A DNA stretch of 60,361 nucleotides from Minisyncoccota bacterium (GTDB lineage: Bacteria; Patescibacteriota; Microgenomatia; UBA1400; UBA12028): positions 1 to 60,361 of the forward strand of contig DNEP01000010.1 of the NCBI GenBank assembly GCA_003487265.1. Direction: 5' to 3'. Below are positions 52,972 through 60,361 of the stretch, one piece after another; positions within the stretch are counted from its first letter, which is position 1, and every line of letters starts with the position of its first letter. The translations under genes were made by a program, and so were the position numbers. The notes beneath the pieces are model-generated. The model was given only the letters and a program-made list of their open reading frames with translations, did no database searches and was not told the DNA's origin.

Positions 52972-54039
52972 TTATGGCGTTGGAATGTCACTAATAATAC
53001 CACAAACTTGTTGATTAACATATTTCAAAATGAGAGATATCGCGGTTAGTTCCACCTGTTCTCGAGAGTGACCGAATGGGCAAGGGACGATCAATTTTGT
53101 TGAAACTGTTATGTCTTTCCCTGCAATCGCGACATACACTGTCCCTGGTTTCGTTGTTGAGTGATATGGACGATGATCAAATGTGTCCATGGTACCTGTT
53201 GTTGCGATCACAAAATCAAGATGATGTTTTTTTCGAATAGATTCAGCCATAGACCTTGCGACCGATTCCGAGTACACATTTCCATATTTCATCAGTTCGG
53301 GTGAGACTCCCAGCATTGCCTTCACTCGTTCGTTGTTTGCCATCCAACCAACATGGAAAACTTCACTTGCACCCGAAATATCGGTGAACGTGTTTGAAAT
53401 TGAAGCCGTAGTACAAGATTCACATGTGCCTAACGTACAATGACGTGATTGCAAATAGGTCAGTATCTTTCGAGCGAGCACATGATTTTCGATAATAATG
53501 GGATTTTTGTTTCTTTTTTCTGTAAATTGAATTGCCACATGATCTGAAATAAATGATTTTTCATCTTCCTTTAAAAAATACAGACCGTGGGAAAAAACCG
53601 ATTGTGCGATCATGGTTTTTAAAAGCCGACGTTCGACTCCGATATCCGGTAAAATGATCTTTTTCACCCACGGCTTTCGATCACGTTGCACATATGCGAT
53701 ACAGACATAGTTATCGACACTTCGAACTGTAGTATTCAATTGTCCAACAGTCGCAACTCCACAATCCGCTCCAGATTTTTGCATCAGCAGTTGCGCCATC
53801 TCAACTGCTGTTTCTGAAGAATACTCTCCAAAACGTGATATTGTTTTTGCAGAAACGCCTAAATTGATTTTTGATGCAGTGCTGTAAAAAACTCCACCCA
53901 TGTGAACGGTTCGAACTGATCCAGGAATTGTACATTGATCGAAAATATGCCCACCTGTTCCTCCTTCAGCAATGCAAATCTGCAGGTTTCGTTGAATGAG
54001 TTCATTTAAAAAAAGTTGAGCAAGGGGACGGTTGATCAT
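52972..54039 (-). CDS. Protein with two tandem CinA C-terminal (PncC/NMN deamidase-like) domains
   Basis: Domain 1 IAEGGTGG...YSTASKINLGVS...SSETAVEMA; domain 2 TCESCTTASI...VKAMLGVS...SESVARSMA...PGTVYVAI. Confidence 0.82.
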   Translation of the reverse strand: MINRPLAQLFLNELIQRNLQICIAEGGTGGHIFDQCTIPGSVRTVHMGGVFYSTASKINLGVSAKTISRFGEYSSETAVEMAQLLMQKSGADCGVATVGQLNTTVRSVDNYVCIAYVQRDRKPWVKKIILPDIGVERRLLKTMIAQSVFSHGLYFLKEDEKSFISDHVAIQFTEKRNKNPIIIENHVLARKILTYLQSRHCTLGTCESCTTASISNTFTDISGASEVFHVGWMANNERVKAMLGVSPELMKYGNVYSESVARSMAESIRKKHHLDFVIATTGTMDTFDHRPYHSTTKPGTVYVAIAGKDITVSTKLIVPCPFGHSREQVELTAISLILKYVNQQVCGIISDIPTP

Positions 54040-54113
54040 CACTTCATTTTCAATTGAATTTTTAATGCAAAGTCGTTCCATACGGCGAAATCTTATCACA
54101 CCTCTTTATAAAA

Positions 54114-55550
54114 ATGGATTACAATACCCTCATGAAACAATCCTCACAAAAAGCAACCAAAATCGTCGCGACATTAGGACCTGCCTCGGATTCGCCAGAA
54201 ATGATTCAGCAACTGATCGAAGCTGGGGTGAATGTGTTCCGCTTTAACATGAAACACGCCGACATCGCATGGCATCAGGAGAGAATCAACCTTGTTCAAA
54301 GCATCGCCGATCGTCTGCAATATTCCGTAGGCATCCTGATCGATTTACAGGGGCCAGAAATCCGAATTGAAACCCCTAACAAACAACCTGTATCGGCAAT
54401 AAAAGACGTTCCGCTCTTTTTCAGCCCAATACTGCATGAAAATCGACAAATGATTCATGTTCCACACCCCGAAGTCTTTCTCGCGCTCAAGCCAGGAAAT
54501 CATTTCAGTATTGATGATGGATTTATCGAGTTCGAGGTTGTTTCGCTTGCAGACGGAGGATTTTTCGCAAAACCATTCGATTCTGCAGATATAAAACATC
54601 GAAAAGGATTAAATCTTGTTGGAATTGATGTTGATTTACCTTCACTCATCGAGGATGATCTGTTGAAATTGGATCTCGCGGCACGAAACAAGGTTGATTT
54701 TGTTGCGCTGTCGTTTTGTCGTTCAAAAGAGGATATCGCAATTTTACGATCCGAAATGGACAAACGATCAATAGACGCGATGATCGTCGCAAAAATCGAG
54801 TCCCAAAAAGCGTTGGATAATCTGGATAAAATTATTGAAGCGACCGATGTCGTGATGGTCGCGCGAGGTGACTTAGGTATCGAGGTTCCGATCGAACAAC
54901 TCGCGTATTGGCAAAAAAAGATGATCTCACTCTGTCGCACGCACGCAAAACCCGTGATTACCGCAACTCAAATGCTCGAATCGATGATATTTCAGCCTCG
55001 CCCGACGCGCGCAGAGGCCACGGATGTGGCAAATGCGGTGCTGGATGGAACAGACGCGGTTATGTTGTCTGGAGAGTCCGCCAATGGAAAATACCCCGCA
55101 AAAGCGGTCAGTTTTCTTTCCACAATCGCTCAATTCAACGAACCACACACGCACGTGTCGCTTCCACAAATCCAACCCCCATCGCTCACTTCGGCGGTGG
55201 TGAACTCTGCAATGAGTCTTTTGGAAACGATGGGCGAAGCGATTGAAGCGATTGTCGTGTGCACAGAAACCGGCTCAACCGCGCGAATGATCTCAAGTTA
55301 TCGTCCAAACGTTCGCATCTTGGCAGCAACCGATCGTCAAAAAACGGTCGAAACGCTTACTATGTCCTACGGCGTCCACGCCGAGTGCATGGAGTTTCCG
55401 CATGCGTCATACACAGATTCTTCATTCGTATTACAAACACTTTCAGAACGCGGACTTGTCCAATCTGGGCAACAGGTGATTGTCATTCACGGTGACCGAT
55501 GGATGGAATCTGGATTGACAAATGCTGTGGCGGTTGAAAAAGTGAAATAG
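54114..55550 (+). CDS. pyk: Pyruvate kinase
   Basis: TKIVATLGPAS, AKIES, MVARGDLGIE, ATQMLESM, PTRAEATDVANAVLDGTDAVMLSGE. Confidence 0.97.
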   Translation: MDYNTLMKQSSQKATKIVATLGPASDSPEMIQQLIEAGVNVFRFNMKHADIAWHQERINLVQSIADRLQYSVGILIDLQGPEIRIETPNKQPVSAIKDVPLFFSPILHENRQMIHVPHPEVFLALKPGNHFSIDDGFIEFEVVSLADGGFFAKPFDSADIKHRKGLNLVGIDVDLPSLIEDDLLKLDLAARNKVDFVALSFCRSKEDIAILRSEMDKRSIDAMIVAKIESQKALDNLDKIIEATDVVMVARGDLGIEVPIEQLAYWQKKMISLCRTHAKPVITATQMLESMIFQPRPTRAEATDVANAVLDGTDAVMLSGESANGKYPAKAVSFLSTIAQFNEPHTHVSLPQIQPPSLTSAVVNSAMSLLETMGEAIEAIVVCTETGSTARMISSYRPNVRILAATDRQKTVETLTMSYGVHAECMEFPHASYTDSSFVLQTLSERGLVQSGQQVIVIHGDRWMESGLTNAVAVEKVK

Positions 55551-55588
55551 AATTCCACACTGCTTTTCGTTATGAAGTCTTTTTAAAC

Positions 55589-56914
55589 TTAGTTCTTTAA
55601 CTTAGTTCCGCAAACACTACAGTAGTTTTCTTCTTCTTCGACATGCATACATTTGTATGTGTTAATTTTGGATAACAATCGAGGAAACATACTGCGCCTA
55701 TCAATACGCACTTCCTTAACAAGACTTGAAGAAAATCGAATTAACGCATCTTCTGAGGAGGTTGCATCCACTAACTGCAAGTTAATAAGTTTCTTTATTT
55801 CTGAATTTTCTATTTGTTCAATATACTGACGTATAAAAAGCATAAGCGTATCCTCACTCTGCTCAAGTCCATATGCATCCCTAATTATTTTATCAAGAGT
55901 GAGATAGATTTCACAAACTTTCATGAGCTCATATGTCAGATGTGCCACTCGTAAACTAATATCAAGTTTTTCGTTATTAAGGTCGATCATTGTATCAAAA
56001 TCGACAAATTCAAATGCTAAAGTAATATTATGAGGAATCAGATTTGCATGAAGAAAACCTCCATTAGCCATTTTTCCCAGATTTAAACTTAAAATATCTC
56101 GCATAAATTTTAAATAATTCGCTACACCAATTTCTATGTTGTCAGTAACCTTGAGTAGCCGCATAGACATCTCAACGTATTCTCTAATGACTTCTTCGCT
56201 TTTGTTTTCGCTTGTAATCACATTCGCACGAATTGGGTTTCTGAATGCTCTAATATCGATAGCAAGTAGTCCAACATCCTGATGAATGTCATGGTCTAAC
56301 CCATATTTATACTTCCCAATAAACGCTTGTTGTTTTTCTAAATTAAAGTCTGCTGGGTTTATTGCAAAGACGCCTATTGATCTTGCAGTTCGAAGTCCAA
56401 TTTTTTGAATCAAACTATCCTGCGTCTCTGCATCAAGAAGAGCATTACGTAAATTTTCTCCACCATATACACTTAAATTTTGATCATTTCTATCAACATA
56501 TCTTGGAGAACTCACTTTTTGTGAACTCGTAATTAACCCTCCGCCTTTTATAACTAATGAGGCATAAATATTTCCTTGGTCATCTTTAAAGAAAAATGGT
56601 GGCTGAGACATCGCTCTTCCTTGTTCCTCATGTGCAATTGCTGTTCTACTTGTTTTGGATTCGTTGACCGTGACACCTCTCACAAGAAGCTGTTGAAACA
56701 CAGATCGAAAAGGAGAATTATTAAAATTTGGCCTTCTGGATTCGCGTATGTATGATAGAGTAGACTGATTAGTATATCCTCTATCCTCGAATTTTCTTTT
56801 TATTGCACCCCATCCTACGAGAGGTAACGCAGAAAAGTGATCAGATAACCATAATGGTACAGAGGGTACTGTTTTTGTAAAAATTTCATTATTCCCTTGC
56901 TCTGGATATTCCAT
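55589..56914 (-). CDS. Divergent SelO/YdiU-like protein-kinase-fold protein
   Basis: Ordered motifs QGRA, VIKGGG, GLRTARSIG, IRAFRNPIR, GFLHANLIPHNI, VDFD; C-terminal CMH...CSVC. Confidence 0.6.
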   Translation of the reverse strand: MEYPEQGNNEIFTKTVPSVPLWLSDHFSALPLVGWGAIKRKFEDRGYTNQSTLSYIRESRRPNFNNSPFRSVFQQLLVRGVTVNESKTSRTAIAHEEQGRAMSQPPFFFKDDQGNIYASLVIKGGGLITSSQKVSSPRYVDRNDQNLSVYGGENLRNALLDAETQDSLIQKIGLRTARSIGVFAINPADFNLEKQQAFIGKYKYGLDHDIHQDVGLLAIDIRAFRNPIRANVITSENKSEEVIREYVEMSMRLLKVTDNIEIGVANYLKFMRDILSLNLGKMANGGFLHANLIPHNITLAFEFVDFDTMIDLNNEKLDISLRVAHLTYELMKVCEIYLTLDKIIRDAYGLEQSEDTLMLFIRQYIEQIENSEIKKLINLQLVDATSSEDALIRFSSSLVKEVRIDRRSMFPRLLSKINTYKCMHVEEEENYCSVCGTKLKN

Positions 56915-56997
56915 GAGCTAAATCATACTCTGCATATGAACTTGAATTCAAGGGAGCTTGATAAAGGTAAATTTCACTTGATCTGTTAAGCAATGCT

Positions 56998-57393
56998 CTA
57001 ATAATTCATCACCGTGATCACAACCTGTAACACTGTTGCAAATGAAACCCACAGCAAATACGGGATTTGCGCATATGCAATCCAACGCTCGTGTGAATAA
57101 ATTGCTTTCATTGCCCAAATAAGTGTTCCTAGAACAAGAAAAATATCAATCATTGCAAAGATGTTGCTTTGCAATCCAAACTGTAGCGGAGTGAATGCAA
57201 TATTGAAAATCATGTTGAGTGCAAAAGGGAGAGCTGTTGCGAACTTGATCTTTTTTTTGAGAAATAAATACAACACACGACCAAAAGAAATCGCAATCAA
57301 AAGATATAACATCGTCCATACTGGACCAAACAGCCAAGATGGCGGTGACCACGAGGGTTTTGAAAGTTGCGCGTACCATGAGTAGGTTTCCAT
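56998..57393 (-). CDS. tspO: TspO/MBR tryptophan-rich sensory protein
   Basis: WYAQLSKPSWSPPSWLFGPVWTMLY, PYLLWVSFA. Confidence 0.93.
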   Translation of the reverse strand: METYSWYAQLSKPSWSPPSWLFGPVWTMLYLLIAISFGRVLYLFLKKKIKFATALPFALNMIFNIAFTPLQFGLQSNIFAMIDIFLVLGTLIWAMKAIYSHERWIAYAQIPYLLWVSFATVLQVVITVMNY

Positions 57394-57432
57394 ATGTAAA
57401 CAATAGCATCAAGAACTGCAAAATCCAATTCG

Positions 57433-57660
57433 CTAATTCTTGATATATTTTTTTCTTAGTTCATAAAAGAAGATTGTTGGTACATAAAATGTCACGTCTG
57501 CAATAAGTTTTCCCAACACCAACCCCAAAGCAACATTCCCCGTCCATGTTGAAAAGAAATACATCGCCGAAGGTCTAATCACAAAACTATCTAAATATTC
57601 AGCAAACCCAAACCCAAACTCCAGACGTGCTATACTATCCATACTTCTTTTCAGGCTCAA
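57433..57660 (-). pseudogene. Probable C-terminal fragment of a membrane protein
   Basis: 75 aa ORF with hydrophobic helices (EFG..EYLDS..IRP...GKLIADVTFY) and no room upstream for a longer N-terminus. Confidence 0.4.
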
Positions 57661-57685
57661 TCTTGAACCTCTTCAGTTTCCCTCT

Positions 57686-58825
57686 ATGCAAAAATATGTG
57701 ATTTATCTATTTCATCTCTATCAACCATCTTGGCAGGAAAAATCAGTGCTCCGCGCGGAATACAATCGAACATATTTTCCGCTTGTGAAAATTCTTGAAC
57801 AAAATCCAAACATTCACATGACGGTAAACATTACTGGTTCACTGACTCAGCAGTTGCTTGATGATGAAAAAACTGAATTTTTTGATCTATTGAAAATGCT
57901 CGTCGATCGAAATCAAGTTGAGCTCACAGGAAGCGCCATGTTTCATCCACTGTTACCACTCATACCAGAAAATGAAATATTGCGTCAAATTCAATTAAAT
58001 GAGGAACTCAATCAAAAAGCATTAGGCGACTCCTGGAAAAAGGCTCAGGCATCACCATTCGGTCGGGGATTTTATCTTCCCGAACTCGCATATTCAGATA
58101 CCGTCGCCCGAGTGATTAGACAAGCAGGATTTCAATGGATAACGGTTGATCAAAGTTCCATGCCGGAAAACAATGTGGACTGGAGCAAAAGATATCAAGA
58201 AAAAAACACTGAATTGCCCCTGCTCATTCATAATCGTATTTTTCATTCAACAAGTGAAGATCGATTTATGGATACGTACAACGTTTTGATCAGCGACGGC
58301 GAAAATCAGATTGACGAACAAAATATGGAAATTGATTGGAATACGTATCTTTATCATACGATTCATGATCATTCCATAATATATCTCACGGCAAACGAGT
58401 ATTTTTCTCAAATTCCTGAGGACAAAATATCGGTCGCATTACATCAAAGCAGTTGGCAAACCTCAGATGAAGATCTTAATGCGAACACTCCATTTCCGTT
58501 GTGGGATATGCCATCAAATGCAATTCATCAACTGCTGTGGTCATTTCTTCGCGACGTACGCGCGGCGGTCATACAAAATCCTCATGATCTTCAAGCATAC
58601 CGCGCGCAGTGCGAACTTGATAGAGGACTTTCGAGTTGCACGTGGTGGTGGGCAGACGGCCGTATCTTAGGATACAACCCGACAAATATTTGTCGTGGCT
58701 TGGAATCCATGATCAGCGCTGTTCGTGCACTCGAAACACTTCAAAAAAAAGAGCGATTGGTGTTTGAAAAACGTTACTCCCAGATTGTTTTTGAAGTTTG
58801 GGCACGGCATTGGAACTCGCAATGA
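57686..58825 (+). CDS. Glycoside hydrolase family 57 protein
   Basis: HLYQP, ELTGSAMFHPLLPLI, GFYLPELAYS, SSCTWWWA; ATGA overlap with glgA. Confidence 0.85.
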   Translation: MQKYVIYLFHLYQPSWQEKSVLRAEYNRTYFPLVKILEQNPNIHMTVNITGSLTQQLLDDEKTEFFDLLKMLVDRNQVELTGSAMFHPLLPLIPENEILRQIQLNEELNQKALGDSWKKAQASPFGRGFYLPELAYSDTVARVIRQAGFQWITVDQSSMPENNVDWSKRYQEKNTELPLLIHNRIFHSTSEDRFMDTYNVLISDGENQIDEQNMEIDWNTYLYHTIHDHSIIYLTANEYFSQIPEDKISVALHQSSWQTSDEDLNANTPFPLWDMPSNAIHQLLWSFLRDVRAAVIQNPHDLQAYRAQCELDRGLSSCTWWWADGRILGYNPTNICRGLESMISAVRALETLQKKERLVFEKRYSQIVFEVWARHWNSQ

Positions 58826-60361
58826 ACACCTCTCATCCATTGCGAGTTGCACATATTACAAGCGAGATATATCCATTTTCAAAGACGGGTGGATTAGGTC
58901 ATGCGGTTGCAGATCTCTCCACACATATCGCAGATGCGAATGTTGATGTAACGGTGTTTACGCCACTGTATGGGTGTGTTTCCAAACACCTCAAAAACAA
59001 ACTAATTGAAACAGTTCTCATCGATATTCCTGTAAAACTCGATCGATCAACCTCCCTTACTTGTTCTTGTGTGAAGTATCTCCAAACGACACCACTCGGA
59101 AACACTATCACGTTTTATTTTGTCAATCATTTTGATTTTTTTGGCAGATATTCACGGAATTTATATCTACATAAAGACACGCCTCGAAGGTTTCTCTTTT
59201 TTACTCGGGCAGTTCTTGAAATTATGAAAACGCTACAATTGCAGTTTGATATTATGCATTGCCACGATTGGATGACAGGACTTTTTCCTCAATTGGCTCA
59301 TGAATACCTTACAAAACCACAGCTGAAAAGAATGAAAACAGTGCTCACAATTCACAATCTTGCTTTTCAAGGATCTGATCAAATAAATCTCGCACGACTG
59401 AGTTCGTTAAAACAGCGAGCTCCCGTTGTTCACTTCCCCGAATTTTGGGATAACCACAAATGGGATCGGGTGAATTTCTTGAGACAGGGGATCAAATACG
59501 CACACATCATTACAACCGTAAGTCCAACTTACGCAAAAGAAATTCTGTCAAAATATCATGGGGAGGGGCTTTCACGATATCTCAACAAACATAAACCTAT
59601 TTATGGAATTGTCAATGGAATTAACTATGCGTTATACAATCCGTTGAATTCTGATCGAATTGCACAAAACTACTCAAGCTTAAATGTGAGTGTTGGAAAA
59701 CAAAAAAATAAGGAGCGGTTATTAAAAAAGTTATCATTTCCAGATACATATGCTTCCTGGCCAATGGCGTTTACGAATCACCGCCTTACACATCAAAAAA
59801 GATTTGATGTACTGATTGCATCTATGAAATCTCTGTTAAAACAACATCTCATTCTTATTATTGCTGGGGAAGGGGACAAGCGATATCACGATGCATTCAA
59901 CATGCTCGAAGAAAAATATCCAAATTTTCGATTCATCACCCCCATTTCCGACGCCTTTGAGCAAAAACTATTAGCTGGTGGAGACATCGTGCTTTGTCCA
60001 TCGGTTTTTGAACCTTGTGGAACAGCACATATGAAAGCAATGCGTTATGGCGTTTTACCCGTAGCCCGAAATACGGGTGGATTGGCCGATACCATTTTTA
60101 ATTATGATAAATCGAACACTTCGGGTACGGGATTTCTATTCAAAAACAATTCTAGCGTGAGTTTTTTATCAACCATGCGCATCGCGCTGAATCTGTACAT
60201 CAATAATCGAGAACGCTGGAACAATCTTGTTATAAAATGCATGAACCAATCGTTTGACTGGGATAAAAGTACGCAAGAATACATTGCGATCTATGAAAGT
60301 CTTTTTGAGAAGAAGAAGATTATTGATGTATCCTACAGTGTCGGGGTGGGCGGACTCGAAC
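58822..60361 (+). CDS. glgA: Glycogen/starch synthase (GT5), 3' end beyond window (not in ORF track)
   Basis: Manual translation open to the window end: SEIYPFSKTGGLG, HCHDW, TIHNLAFQG, TVSPTYAKEI, NGI, PSVFEPCG, TGGLADT. Confidence 0.93.
   Translation, partial: MNTSHPLRVAHITSEIYPFSKTGGLGHAVADLSTHIADANVDVTVFTPLYGCVSKHLKNKLIETVLIDIPVKLDRSTSLTCSCVKYLQTTPLGNTITFYFVNHFDFFGRYSRNLYLHKDTPRRFLFFTRAVLEIMKTLQLQFDIMHCHDWMTGLFPQLAHEYLTKPQLKRMKTVLTIHNLAFQGSDQINLARLSSLKQRAPVVHFPEFWDNHKWDRVNFLRQGIKYAHIITTVSPTYAKEILSKYHGEGLSRYLNKHKPIYGIVNGINYALYNPLNSDRIAQNYSSLNVSVGKQKNKERLLKKLSFPDTYASWPMAFTNHRLTHQKRFDVLIASMKSLLKQHLILIIAGEGDKRYHDAFNMLEEKYPNFRFITPISDAFEQKLLAGGDIVLCPSVFEPCGTAHMKAMRYGVLPVARNTGGLADTIFNYDKSNTSGTGFLFKNNSSVSFLSTMRIALNLYINNRERWNNLVIKCMNQSFDWDKSTQEYIAIYESLFEKKKIIDVSYSVGVGGLE
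60341..60361 (-). tRNA. 3' fragment of a tRNA, probably tRNA-Pro (truncated by window edge)
   Basis: Reverse complement GTTCGAGTCCGCCCACCCCGA: T-loop plus acceptor 3' strand CACCCCG-A, matching the C1-G72/A73 pattern of tRNA-Pro; anticodon not visible. Confidence 0.6.

Overview
A 60 kb stretch of a small-genome bacterial chromosome using genetic code 11. Gene content and style (short atpH, LemA/HtpX, DUF2207, many ORFans, few SD sites) suggest Patescibacteria/CPR, probably Microgenomates-like; this is inference. The housekeeping backbone is lemA-htpX, gatCAB, dnaE, pyrG, rplS-yraN, a full atpBEFHAGDC operon, greA-lysS, serS, secA, typA, pyk and GH57-glgA. There are eight tRNA genes, two of them cut by the window edges. 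Single AT-rich orphan genes are interleaved, several next to tRNA 3' ends. Main points of interest: (1) a LysRS-HD-domain fusion followed by a 2xDUF6922/AbiEii-type nucleotidyltransferase module, a NUDIX hydrolase and serS, a candidate Ap4A/tRNA-centred stress locus; (2) an integrase-less islet below tRNA-Gly(TCC) punctuated by degenerate tRNA-3'-like direct repeats; (3) a divergent SelO-like kinase-fold protein, a twin-arginine subtilase-like protein, a strongly diverged IMPDH/GMPR-like enzyme and a tandem CinA/PncC protein; (4) a yraN gene that appears to start at CTG; (5) widespread TGn-TAnnnT promoters 6-9 nt before ATG (leaderless translation), plus ORFs starting 3 nt after tRNA ends; (6) four genes each broken by one lesion (two extra-A frameshifts, two in-frame TGA). 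No CRISPR array, rRNA, transposase or integrase was seen.
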